From an uncultured Nocardia sp. (lineage in GTDB: Bacteria; Actinomycetota; Actinomycetes; Mycobacteriales; Mycobacteriaceae): a DNA stretch of 64,000 nt. Below the pieces are notes generated by a model. It did no database searches, was not told where the DNA came from, and saw only the letters and a list, made by a program, of their open reading frames with translations. The translations under genes and the position numbers were made by a program. How positions within the stretch are numbered: position 1 is the stretch's first letter; the number at the start of each line of letters is the position of its first letter. The stretch lies in contig CBJNFW010000003.1 in the NCBI GenBank assembly GCA_966435935.1, forward strand, positions 24,224-88,223, written 5' to 3'. Below, one piece after another: positions 45,031 through 54,331 of the stretch.

Positions 45031-46209
45031 ATGCTGATCGCTCCGACAACCCGGCGCATGCCCTCCGGGATGGCCACCGTCCTGCCCGCGGCGACCATGC
45101 TGACGTTCCTCGCCGCGTCCAGCGCGCCGACCCCGCTCTACCGCGTCTACCAAGCGCATTGGTCGTTTTCCTCCGGCATGCTGACAGTGATCTTCGGCGT
45201 CTACGCGGTGTGCCTGCTGCTGGCGCTGCTGACCGTCGGGTCGCTGTCCGACCACGTGGGACGCCGCCCGGTGATCCTCGCCGCCATCGCGCTCGACGCG
45301 GTGGCCATGCTGGTGTTCAGCACCGCGGACGGCGTTCCGTTGCTGATCGCGGCGCGCATGGTGCAGGGCATCGCGACCGGCGCGGCAACCGGTGCGCTGG
45401 CCGCCGCCATCCTGGACGCGGAACGACCGCACGGGCCGATCGTGAACAGCGTTGCTCCGGTGGCGGGTCTGGCCGTCGGCGGACTCGGTTCCGCGGCGCT
45501 CGTCCAGTTCCTGCCGTGGCCGCGCCAAACCGTGTACCTGCTGCTGATCGTGTTGTTCGCGATCGAGGCGATCGGCACGATCCTGGCGACCGAGACCTCG
45601 CCGATGATGCCCGGCGCGCGGCAGTCGCTGCGGCCGAAGGTCGGCGTCCCGGCCGTAGCGCGGAACGCGTTCGCGGCCACCGCGCTACTGGACATCGCGG
45701 CATGGGCGTTGAGCGGCTTCTACCTCTCGCTCGGCCCGAGCCTGGTGCGTGTGGTCACCGGCTCGAACTCGATCCTGCTCGGCGGGTTGCTGGTCTTCAC
45801 GCTGGCCGGGGTGGGCGCGGCGGCGATCTGGCTGCTGCGCACGGTCGCGGCCGCCCGGGTGATGCGCTTCGCGGCCGCCGCGCTGGCGGCCGGGATCGCG
45901 GTGACCATCGTGGCCGTCCAAAGCCGTTCACCGGCAACGCTTTTCGTGGGCACGGTGATCGCCGGGATCGGCTTCGGAGCCAGCTTTCAGGGCATCACCC
46001 GCACCGTCTTCCCGCTCGCCCCGGCCACCGAACGTGGCAAGCTCGTCGCCGCGTTCTACGTACTCAGCTACCTCGCATTCTGCGTCCCGGCCGTCGCGGC
46101 GGGCGTCATCGCGACCAGCGCCGGCCTGCTGACCACCGCGACCGGCTACGGCATCGTGCTGATCGCGCTCGCGGTCACGGCACTGATTCCCTGGCGGTCG
46201 CGGGGATGA
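45031..46209 (+). CDS. MFS transporter
   Basis: 12-TM-like hydrophobic profile. MFS motif A region GSLSDHVGRRPVIL. Confidence 0.85.
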   Translation: MLIAPTTRRMPSGMATVLPAATMLTFLAASSAPTPLYRVYQAHWSFSSGMLTVIFGVYAVCLLLALLTVGSLSDHVGRRPVILAAIALDAVAMLVFSTADGVPLLIAARMVQGIATGAATGALAAAILDAERPHGPIVNSVAPVAGLAVGGLGSAALVQFLPWPRQTVYLLLIVLFAIEAIGTILATETSPMMPGARQSLRPKVGVPAVARNAFAATALLDIAAWALSGFYLSLGPSLVRVVTGSNSILLGGLLVFTLAGVGAAAIWLLRTVAAARVMRFAAAALAAGIAVTIVAVQSRSPATLFVGTVIAGIGFGASFQGITRTVFPLAPATERGKLVAAFYVLSYLAFCVPAVAAGVIATSAGLLTTATGYGIVLIALAVTALIPWRSRG

Positions 46210-46300
46210 ACCCGGGAGTGCCGCACTCGACACGACCACGGCGCCGGGCAAGGATTGCGGTCAGGTCGACCAACCGCTTGCCATTCGTGGGAGGAAATCC

Positions 46301-46627
46301 GTGTACTACTTCGTGCGGGCCGACAACCCCCGGCCCACGTTCCATCTGGACATGACCGAGTCCGAGCGCGAGATCATGTCGAAACACGTCGCGTACTGGA
46401 CCGAACAGGCGAAAGAAGGGGTCTCCGTCGTCTTCGGACCCGTCGCCGATCCCGCGGGTTTCTTCGGGATCGGTGTCTACAAGGTCGACGACGAGGACCA
46501 CATGCGCCGGCTTCTCGCCCGAGACCCCGCCAAGGACCTGCTGACTTTCGAGATCCTGCCCATGGCCGGCGCGGTCGTCGGCCACGAGGTCCGGAATCCG
46601 GACCCGCATACGACGCCGGAATCCTAG
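46301..46627 (+). CDS. YciI family protein
   Basis: MYYFVRADNPRP...H..YW........VVFGPV.DP...FGIGVYKVDDEDHMRRLLARDP, typical YCII-related domain. Confidence 0.8.
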   Translation: MYYFVRADNPRPTFHLDMTESEREIMSKHVAYWTEQAKEGVSVVFGPVADPAGFFGIGVYKVDDEDHMRRLLARDPAKDLLTFEILPMAGAVVGHEVRNPDPHTTPES

Positions 46628-46628
46628 G

Positions 46629-47351
46629 TTGGTTCATCGGGGTGCTGTTGGAAATAGCTATCTGGTGAGCGTTGCGTCTACTCCTTCTTCCGGCGACCGG
46701 ATCCCCCTGTCGCTGCCGGAACAAACCGCGGGGTACCAGCCTCCGGCAGGAAGTTTTCGTTTCTGGTTCGCCACCCACCGCTGGGAATGGTCGCCCGAGA
46801 TCTACCGGATGCACGGCTACCAACCGGGCGAGATCGAGCCGACCACCGAACTGCTGCTCGCGCACAAGCATCCCGACGACCGCGAATTCGTCGCCGAGGC
46901 CATCACCCGCTCCGAGAGCCAGGGCGAACCGTTCTCCAGCCGCCACCGGTTCATCGACACTCACGGCGTCGAGCACTCGGTAATGGTGGTGGCCGACCGC
47001 ATTCTGGACGAGGATGGCGATCCGGCCGGGACCGCCGGGTTCTACATCGACCTGTCCGACACCATCGCCGACGCCGAACGCGAAACCTACGGGCAACGCA
47101 TCCCCGAGATCGTCGAGGCACGCGCGGTGATCGAACAGGCCAAAGCCATCCTGATGCACATGTACCGGATCAACGCCAACCAAGCGTTCAGCGTCCTGAT
47201 CTGGCGCTCACAGGAAACCAACACCAAACTGCGCGACCTTGCCGAACAGCTCATCGCCGAACTCCCCACGGTCCCGCCACCGGATCCGGCGGCCGTGACC
47301 GCGTTCGACCACATCCTGCTCACCCTCCACGAACGCATCCCGACCGACTGA
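46629..47351 (+). CDS. PAS and ANTAR domain-containing protein (RNA-binding antiterminator-type regulator)
   Basis: PAS-like WEWSPEIYRMHGYQPGEIEPTTELLLAHKHPDD...HRFIDTHG. ANTAR motif IEQAKAILMHMYRINANQAFSVLIWRSQETNTKLRDLAEQL. Start uncertain (TTG 46629 or GTG 46665). Confidence 0.8.
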   Translation: MVHRGAVGNSYLVSVASTPSSGDRIPLSLPEQTAGYQPPAGSFRFWFATHRWEWSPEIYRMHGYQPGEIEPTTELLLAHKHPDDREFVAEAITRSESQGEPFSSRHRFIDTHGVEHSVMVVADRILDEDGDPAGTAGFYIDLSDTIADAERETYGQRIPEIVEARAVIEQAKAILMHMYRINANQAFSVLIWRSQETNTKLRDLAEQLIAELPTVPPPDPAAVTAFDHILLTLHERIPTD

Positions 47352-47563
47352 ACTCGGACTGCGGCCGATCCCTTCGGGATTCGATCCACGTTCGGTAAAG
47401 CCATGCCCGCCGGGCGGCCGAAAGCAGTCGGCCGCAACAAGACCGAGATGTAGCGACGGCCGGCGGGCTGGAACGCACCGGCCGGGTACCGGGCCCGCCG
47501 CACGGATGGGCGCGGGATGACGAACTCCGTGCACGGGTCGGCAACCGTGTCCTGAGCCATACA

Positions 47564-47905
47564 GTGGCCACCATGAGCGCAGCGCGAGTGTGGACGGTAA
47601 CCTCGACGACCCCTACCGAAGACGACGCACGGACCGTCGCGAAAGCTGTTGTGGCCGAACGTCTTGCCGCAGGAGCCGAGATCACCGGCCCTGCGGTATC
47701 GGTGTTCTGGCACCTCGGCGAACTCGGCGAAGGGCAAGAGTGGCGGGTCTCGCTGCGCACCTGCGCGACCGCGCGGGACCGTCTCGCCGCGCGGATCGCG
47801 GAACTACACCCGTGGGCCAGCCCCGAGATCACAGCGACACCTGTCGAATGGTGCTCGGACACCTACGCGGAATGGGTCGAGCGCACTACCGCCGCACAGG
47901 TATAG
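47564..47905 (+). CDS. cutA: divalent-cation tolerance protein CutA
   Basis: VTSTTPTEDDARTVAKAVVAERLAAGAEI...VSVFWH.GE......W.VSLRT......L..RI.ELHPWASPEI matches the CutA1 pattern. Confidence 0.8.
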   Translation: MATMSAARVWTVTSTTPTEDDARTVAKAVVAERLAAGAEITGPAVSVFWHLGELGEGQEWRVSLRTCATARDRLAARIAELHPWASPEITATPVEWCSDTYAEWVERTTAAQV

Positions 47906-48486
47906 GCGCACGAGCCCGATGCCGTGCGGCGTCGGGTCCGGCGCTCCAGCTGTCGCGCAGCGCGGGCAACCTCGCGCACCCGAGCGACGGGCGACAGCAG
48001 CGCACGACTTATGAACGGAAACAACGACTTTCGCGTCGGCGCCAAGCGTCCGACCCCAGGCTTGCCCGACAGATTCTCCACCGACTGAGCTTTGAGCAGT
48101 CGACACGAAGGCTCTCCGTGTTCCGTCGCCGCGTTGACCAATGTGCCATCGACGACGCCACGTAAGCCGGCGGCGAGTCCGGCGGCGAACCACCGAGGTC
48201 GCCATCGTCGTCGACGGGCACGAACACCGGGAACCGATCGGCGACGACGGGCTCGTGTCCGTGATCACGCGGATCCGGGCCGACGAGCCGGGCGTGATCG
48301 CATACACCCGCGACGGTCGCGCCGTGACGGCGATACATTGATGCGGTGGACGACTATGTCCGCAAATCCTGTCCGGGGCACGGAGTCGTCGGACCGTTGC
48401 GAAGGCGACCACCTGATGCCACGTAAGAGTTGAATGGCATAAGGCCCAACCTGTTCGCGCGCGATACCTCACGACCAAGGAGTGAT

Positions 48487-48867
48487 GTGAACGGCGGTTG
48501 TATTTGCGGCAATATTCGGTTTTCCGCCAGCGGCGAGCCGGATTTCCCTCATCTGTGCTCGTGTCCGCACTGTCAGGGGCTTTCGGGGGCTCCGGTGATG
48601 GCATGGGTCGGTTTTCCGGAGGAAGGATTCGCGTGGACCGGGCCCGGCGGGGAACCCACGTGGTTCCAGACGTATCCCGCGACCGGCACGCAACCGGCGA
48701 TCGAACGTGGCTTCTGTCCGAAATGCGGTGCGTCGGTCGCGTCCAGGGGAGATGAGGCCGAGTTCGTGGGGGTCACGATCATGGCGCTCGACGATCACTC
48801 CGGACTCGTCCCCGAGCATCAGTCGTTCAAGGACAACGCCGTTCCGTGGCTGGACCCGCTGGCCTGA
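48487..48867 (+). CDS. GFA family protein (CENP-V/glutathione-dependent formaldehyde-activating fold)
   Basis: GGCICGNIRF...CSCPHCQ...FCPKCG Zn-binding Cys pattern. GTG 48487 follows AAGGAG. Confidence 0.8.
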   Translation: MNGGCICGNIRFSASGEPDFPHLCSCPHCQGLSGAPVMAWVGFPEEGFAWTGPGGEPTWFQTYPATGTQPAIERGFCPKCGASVASRGDEAEFVGVTIMALDDHSGLVPEHQSFKDNAVPWLDPLA

Positions 48868-48962
48868 CGTGACATCTTGCGGGGACAGTCGATCTGGGGA
48901 ATATCCACCTTCTTGTCCGGGCGGTGACAGTCGTGGCGGGTCGGCGAACAGTCGGGGTCGAA

Positions 48963-50498
48963 TCAGGAGCGCAGAGCCGTCGTGGTCTCGGTGAGCGCGG
49001 TATCGAGTAGTTCGGCGTAGGCGTCGATGTCCGGGACGACGTCCGGGTCGGCGTGGATCGAAACGGTGACGGTATCGCCGAGACCGTGGATGCCGTGGGT
49101 GAGGTGCATGACCGTGCCGAGGGCGGGGAATCCCGCGGTCCAGTGGACCCGGCCGTTGCCGAAGGTCAGGTCGGCGGGGCCGCGGTTGACGCTGGAGATT
49201 ACGGTGTGGCCGGAAAGGGTTTCGGGGGTGAGGTCGAGGGGGTAGCCGGCGATGTCGCGGCGGAGTATGGGGGCGGGAATCACCTCGGTGACCCCGTTTC
49301 GGGCGGCCATGACGGGGTGCAGGGCACGTGCGCGGCGGGCGGCCAGGTCGGCTGCGATGCGGGTGGCTCGACGGTGGGGGTCGGGTTCGTCCACGGGTAG
49401 TTCGACGGCCAAGTCCACATAGTTGTTTCGGGGACGGCGGCCTTCGGGTACGCAAATACGGCGCAGGCGTTGCGGGGCGCGGGCCCGGAATCTCGCAAGC
49501 TGCGCATCGGGCAGTGCCATCGAAACCTGTGCGCCCAGAAGCACATTCGGCTCGCCGTGCTCGGCCAGATAACGGGACAGAGCCTGGGCTATCGCCGTCG
49601 CGGCCACCACGGTCACGGTGTGGCCGGGGACACGCAGATCCTCGCGGACCATCATGCGGACCGCGTGGGATCTCGGCGCGGGCGGGTGGTTGATCCGGGT
49701 GATCGGCAATTCCGTTGCCGGCGGCGGTATTTCGCCTCGAACGGTGAGTTCTTCCAGTTTCCGACAGGCACGTTCCGCACCCAGTCCGCGAATCACCGTA
49801 CGCACCATCGCGATCGGCATACCCAACAGCGCTACGGCCTCGCCGAGCTGGAGTGACGCGGCGAAGGCGCCGACAGCAGCTGTGCGCGCCGAACTGCCCA
49901 AAACCTTGCGCAGCGCCACTGCCCCCTTCGGGGTAAATCTCGCGGAAACCGATCGAAACATATTGCACGCCAAACTGATCGACGCTCCCTGCGGCCCTTC
50001 GCCCCCCGACCGATCCGGAGTCGACCGCGACCCTTTCCCCTCACTCCACAACGCCCGCGCGATCTCGGCCGACCGCCGCCCGTCGGCCAACGCATGCGAA
50101 ATCTGCAACACCGCGATCAACGCGGGCGAAACACCACCCGGCGCATCACGAATCCCACGAAACAGATGTAAACGCCACGGATGCTCATCGGCCCGGACGC
50201 CTTGTATCAGCAAATCTCCCAGTGCCGCAACGGCATTCGGCCAATCCGGAGCGTCCAGGACAGGTTCGGTGATCTGCCCGGCCGAGACGTCGCACGGCAC
50301 CCATTCCGGATAAGCGAACCGGCGTTCCCGCAACCGCACACACAGATCGGGGATACCGGCCGCCCGGACCAGCACCTCGTCCCGCAGCCGCTCGAACGAT
50401 TGCCCGGTGTCGGCGAAGCAGTACAGCAGGAACAGATCGTTGACCGCCCGATGGGACAGCCAGTATCTCGTCGCATCCTGCGGCGCCAGCGAAGTCAC
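48963..50498 (-). CDS. WS/DGAT-family O-acyltransferase-like protein with variant active-site motif
   Basis: Length and layout of wax ester synthase/DGAT. The condensation-type motif reads SHALADG (50099-50079) instead of HHxxxDG. C-terminal NRGP...TFGNG-like region. Confidence 0.7.
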   Translation of the reverse strand: MTSLAPQDATRYWLSHRAVNDLFLLYCFADTGQSFERLRDEVLVRAAGIPDLCVRLRERRFAYPEWVPCDVSAGQITEPVLDAPDWPNAVAALGDLLIQGVRADEHPWRLHLFRGIRDAPGGVSPALIAVLQISHALADGRRSAEIARALWSEGKGSRSTPDRSGGEGPQGASISLACNMFRSVSARFTPKGAVALRKVLGSSARTAAVGAFAASLQLGEAVALLGMPIAMVRTVIRGLGAERACRKLEELTVRGEIPPPATELPITRINHPPAPRSHAVRMMVREDLRVPGHTVTVVAATAIAQALSRYLAEHGEPNVLLGAQVSMALPDAQLARFRARAPQRLRRICVPEGRRPRNNYVDLAVELPVDEPDPHRRATRIAADLAARRARALHPVMAARNGVTEVIPAPILRRDIAGYPLDLTPETLSGHTVISSVNRGPADLTFGNGRVHWTAGFPALGTVMHLTHGIHGLGDTVTVSIHADPDVVPDIDAYAELLDTALTETTTALRS

Positions 50499-50615
50499 CC
50501 GTCGACGATATCCATCACCGACAACGGCCGGAAAACGCCATCGATCCGGGTATCACGAAGTGCTACGCTCTGTAGTAGACGATTTACCCATCTCTCCCGG
50601 GGCGGGGTGACTGCC

Positions 50616-52247
50616 ATGGCAGTACCAGAAGGCCGGATCGGCCGAATGCTCGCCGGACAGGCCGATTCGGCGGATCAGCGATATCGGGCGGCCAATTTCG
50701 CGAAACGTTCCATCAACAAGGTCTTTCCGACGCACTGGTCGTTCCTGCTCGGCGAGATCGCGCTCTACAGCTTCGTCATCCTGCTGCTGTCGGGCATCTA
50801 CCTGACCTTGTTCTTCGATCCGTCGATGACCGAGGTGATCTATCACGGCGCATATCAGCCACTGCGCGGCGTTTCCATGTCGCGCGCCTACGAATCGGCC
50901 CTGAACATCACCTTCGACGTGCGCGGCGGATTGTTCGTGCGACAGGTACACCATTGGGCTGCACTGCTTTTCACCGCCTCGATGATCGTGCACCTGTGCC
51001 GGGTCTTCTTCACCGGCGCGTTCCGCAAACCGCGCGAGGGCAATTGGGTGATCGGCTCGGTGCTGTTGATACTGGCCATGTTCGAGGGATTCTTCGGCTA
51101 TTCGCTCCCCGACGACCTGCTGTCCGGCACGGGCCTGCGCGCTGCCTTCGCGGGCATCACGATGAGCACGCCGGTGGTCGGAACCTGGTTGCACTGGTTG
51201 ATGTTCGGCGGCGATTTCCCCGGGACGATCATCATTCCGCGCCTGTACATCGCGCACGTGCTGCTGCTGCCCGGAATCATGCTGGCGCTGATCGCGGCCC
51301 ATGTGGCCCTGGTCTGGTATCAGAAGCACACCCAGTTCCCCGGACCCGCGCGCACCGAACGCAACGTCGTCGGCGCCCGGATCGTCCCGGTATTCGCCGC
51401 GGATCAGGGCGCGTTCTTCATGTTCACGCTCGGCATCGTCGCGCTGATGGGCGGGGTCCTGCAGATCAATCCGATCTGGAATATGGGCCCCTACAACCCA
51501 TCCCAGGTGTCGGCGGGCACCCAGCCCGATTTCTACATGATGTGGACCGACGGATTCCTGCGCCTGTTCCCGGCCTGGGAGCTGTACCCGCTCGGGCACA
51601 CCGTTCCCGGGCCCGTCGCGGTCGCGGTGATGATGGTGGTCGTCTTCGGGCTGCTGACCGGGTATCCGTGGATCGAGAAACGCCTCAGCAGGGATCGCGC
51701 AGCGCACAATCTGCTGCAACGCCCCCGCGATGTCCCGGTGCGCACCGCGATCGGCGCGATGGCGCTGACGTTCTATCTGGTCCTGACCCTGGCCTGCGTG
51801 AACGATATCATCGCCCTGAAATTCGACATTTCGCTCAACGCGACCACCTGGATATTCCGGATCGGCCTGCTGATCGCGCCGCCGCTGGCCTACCTGCTCG
51901 CCTACCGGATGTGCATCGCCCTGCAGCGCAGCGATCGCGCGGTACTCGAGCACGGCATCGAGACCGGAATCGTGCGCCGGCTGCCGCACGGTGAATACAT
52001 CGAGATCCATCAGCCGCTGGGCCCGGTCGACGAGCACGGGCAACCGATTCCGCTGGAATATCAGGGAGCGGCGATTCCGAAGAAAATGAACCGGTTGGGT
52101 CTTTCCGGCAAACCCGGCCGCGGCAGCTTCCTGCGAGCTGATCCGCAGGTGGAGGCCACACAACTGGAGGCAGCTGACCGCAATCGCGAGCACGAGCAAC
52201 TCGCCGTGCTGCGAAGTCGCCTCGAAGACCCTGGAAACGAGCGCTGA
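50616..52247 (+). CDS. qcrB: cytochrome bc1 complex cytochrome b subunit (QcrB), stand-alone copy
   Basis: Near-colinear by eye with M. tuberculosis QcrB ([98 protein letters not shown]). Start at ATG 50616 (GTG 50607 possible). Confidence 0.9.
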   Translation: MAVPEGRIGRMLAGQADSADQRYRAANFAKRSINKVFPTHWSFLLGEIALYSFVILLLSGIYLTLFFDPSMTEVIYHGAYQPLRGVSMSRAYESALNITFDVRGGLFVRQVHHWAALLFTASMIVHLCRVFFTGAFRKPREGNWVIGSVLLILAMFEGFFGYSLPDDLLSGTGLRAAFAGITMSTPVVGTWLHWLMFGGDFPGTIIIPRLYIAHVLLLPGIMLALIAAHVALVWYQKHTQFPGPARTERNVVGARIVPVFAADQGAFFMFTLGIVALMGGVLQINPIWNMGPYNPSQVSAGTQPDFYMMWTDGFLRLFPAWELYPLGHTVPGPVAVAVMMVVVFGLLTGYPWIEKRLSRDRAAHNLLQRPRDVPVRTAIGAMALTFYLVLTLACVNDIIALKFDISLNATTWIFRIGLLIAPPLAYLLAYRMCIALQRSDRAVLEHGIETGIVRRLPHGEYIEIHQPLGPVDEHGQPIPLEYQGAAIPKKMNRLGLSGKPGRGSFLRADPQVEATQLEAADRNREHEQLAVLRSRLEDPGNER

Positions 52248-52262
52248 TCCGCCACACGCGAA

Positions 52263-52288
52263 GGCCCCGAGCCGCACGGCCCGGGGCC
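52263..52288. terminator. hairpin between convergent qcrB and DUF397 genes
   Basis: GGCCCCG / CGGGGCC 7-bp stem with a 12-nt loop. Confidence 0.4.
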
Positions 52289-52312
52289 CGATGTGTCGAT
52301 TATTATCGGCCG

Positions 52313-52570
52313 TCAGGCTCGCCCCGACAGCCGACCCGTCACCCCCGCGACGAACGCGTCCCATTCGCCGGGAGTGAACCCCAGCACCGGACCGCGGCCG
52401 TGGTCCTTGGTGTCGCGCAGGGCGACATTGCCGTCACCGAGAAAGGCCACCTCGACACAATTTCCATCGGGACCACTGTGTCTGCTCTTGAACCACACGG
52501 CGTCGGTCGTATCAACCTTCACAGCACTTGCTCCTTCACTGCTTCGAGCCTGAGAATTTGCTGACTTCAT
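52313..52570 (-). CDS. DUF397 domain-containing protein
   Basis: WFKSRHSGPDGNCVEVAFLGDGNVALRDTKDHGRGPVLGFTPGEWDAFVAGV is the DUF397 signature. Start at ATG 52570 with a GGGGAA RBS. Confidence 0.75.
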   Translation of the reverse strand: MKSANSQARSSEGASAVKVDTTDAVWFKSRHSGPDGNCVEVAFLGDGNVALRDTKDHGRGPVLGFTPGEWDAFVAGVTGRLSGRA

Positions 52571-52872
52571 TCGTTCCCCATAACCACGCCTGCACGGCGC
52601 AGTCTGCACACTGCATGACTCGCGGTGCGTGTCCACTTTCCGCACCTTGCGGGGCTCTCGCTCCCGTTGTGCACCCTAGCAGGTTTCCGCAATGTTGCGC
52701 TGTCCTCTTTTCGAATCCAATCGTGCATATCTTCCCAGACCGGACCCATCGAATTTGTTTGCACAATTATAGCCAGCAAATATTTCCGCGGCCGGGCAAA
52801 CATTATGAGGTACATAATTCGTCGGATGTTCCGCGCACCGATCCGCCCGGACCGTCACCCGCGGCGACCACC

Positions 52873-53364
52873 GTGGATCATGGAGCCGTGGTGGAACGCG
52901 ATCGAGACGATGCCGGACATGCCCGCAATGCCCGACCCCGTGACCGTTTCGGGCGCCCGCTACCACTCGGCAGCCCCGGTGTGGAGCGGATTCCCGACGA
53001 TCTCGAACTCACGCCGAACCAGACGCTGGACTACGCGCAGCGACTACTGGACGACGGTCTGGCTTTCAACGCGCACGAGGTTCTGGAGGCCGCATGGAAG
53101 AGCGGGCCGTTCGCCGAAAGGATGCTGTGGCAGGGGCTGGCCCAATACGCGGTCGGGCTCACCCATATCCAGCGCGGTAATCCGAAGGGGGCGAGAACCT
53201 TGCTCGAGCGGGCAGTCGGGCGTCTGCAGGCCGCGGAACCGTTGCCCTACGAGATCGACGGCGCAGGTCTGCGCACACATGCCGAGCGTCTGCTGGCGGA
53301 TCTGTCCGCCGGCCGCGAGATCCGCGAGGACGATCTGATTCCTCGTCTACGGGGATTGACATGA
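52873..53364 (+). CDS. DUF309 domain-containing protein
   Basis: GLAFNAHEVLEAAWKSGPFAERMLWQGLAQYAVGLTHIQRGNPKGARTLLERA is the DUF309 core. Start uncertain (in-frame GTG at 52873, 52888 or 52891). Stop overlaps the gluQ ATG (ATGA). Confidence 0.7.
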   Translation: MDHGAVVERDRDDAGHARNARPRDRFGRPLPLGSPGVERIPDDLELTPNQTLDYAQRLLDDGLAFNAHEVLEAAWKSGPFAERMLWQGLAQYAVGLTHIQRGNPKGARTLLERAVGRLQAAEPLPYEIDGAGLRTHAERLLADLSAGREIREDDLIPRLRGLT

Positions 53365-54281
53365 ACGCACACCACGGCGCCGGCCGATTCGCGCCCAGCC
53401 CCTCGGGCGATCTGCATCTGGGCAACCTGCGCACCGCACTGCTGGCGTGGCTGTTCGCCCGCTCCACCGGACGCGCCTTCGGCGTCCGGATCGAGGATCT
53501 GGACCGGGTACGCCCCGGTGCGGCCGAACGTCAACTGGCCGATCTGGCCGCACTCGGCCTGGACTGGGACGGGCCGGTGGTCCGGCAGTCCGAGCGCCTG
53601 GCACTGCACCACGCCGCCATCGATCGGCTCACCGCCGCCGGGCTGACCTACGAATGTTATTGCACCCGAAGGGAAATTCAGCAGGCAGCGCGGGCCCCGC
53701 ACGGTCCGATGGGCGCGTATCCGGGTACCTGCCGGAAGCTGTCCGACGAAGAACGCGCCGCCCGACGAGCCGAGGGGCGACCCGCGGCCCTGCGATTGCG
53801 CTCGGAGACAACCGAGTTCGAGATCATCGACGGGCTGCGCGGCCGATATCGCGGGCTCGTGGACGATTTCGTGCTGCGTCGCGGCGACGGTGTCCCGGCC
53901 TACAATCTGGCGGTCGTGGTCGACGACGCGGAGCAGGGCGTCGATCAGGTCGTCCGCGGTGACGATCTGCTGCCGTCCACGCCGCGCCAGGCCTATCTGG
54001 CCACGCTGCTCGGCGCGAATGTGCCACGGTACGCGCATGTTCCACTCGTGCTCAATCGCGACGGCAAACGATTGGCCAAGCGCGACGGAGCCGTGACGCT
54101 CACCGATCGGCGCACTCTGGGCGAGTCACCGCAACAGGTGTTCGCGCTGCTGGCGCGCTCGCTCGGATATCGGGCAAACCACCCGCACGAATTGCTCGAG
54201 CAGTTCCGGCCCGCAGTGTTGCCGACCACACCGTGGATCTTCGCTCCTGGTGATGTGGTGGAACCGAGCCGAAATCCGTAA
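53361..54281 (+). CDS. gluQ: tRNA glutamyl-Q(34) synthetase GluQRS
   Basis: GRFAPSPSGDLHLGNLRTALLAWL (HIGH-type), CYCTRREI...C zinc cluster, YNLAVVVDD, LAKRDG (KMSKS-like). Truncated GluRS-like length of 306 aa. Confidence 0.9.
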   Translation: MNAHHGAGRFAPSPSGDLHLGNLRTALLAWLFARSTGRAFGVRIEDLDRVRPGAAERQLADLAALGLDWDGPVVRQSERLALHHAAIDRLTAAGLTYECYCTRREIQQAARAPHGPMGAYPGTCRKLSDEERAARRAEGRPAALRLRSETTEFEIIDGLRGRYRGLVDDFVLRRGDGVPAYNLAVVVDDAEQGVDQVVRGDDLLPSTPRQAYLATLLGANVPRYAHVPLVLNRDGKRLAKRDGAVTLTDRRTLGESPQQVFALLARSLGYRANHPHELLEQFRPAVLPTTPWIFAPGDVVEPSRNP

Positions 54282-54331
54282 CGTACGCCGAGTCCGAAGC
54301 CACGACCACTTCTACGAGGACTACGCGAAAT

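Noticed and set aside
50181-50615. 145-codon N-terminal extension of qcrB in the track. Similar upstream extensions occur for the fic (56102), ATPase (9155, 22931-23795), flavin reductase (28046-28336) and 42775 ORFs.
   Set aside because: The extensions overlap neighbouring genes or promoters and are Arg/Pro-rich. Family N-termini and RBS positions support the shorter starts given in the feature list.
52567-52815. 82-codon ORF overlapping the DUF397 start (ATGA) as a possible partner gene.
   Set aside because: The translation (…RKPARVHNGSESPARCGKWTRTASHAVCRLRRAG…) has no HTH or other motif. Its 5' part lies in A+T-rich sequence with poor codon bias. It is kept only as a note inside the DUF397 finding.
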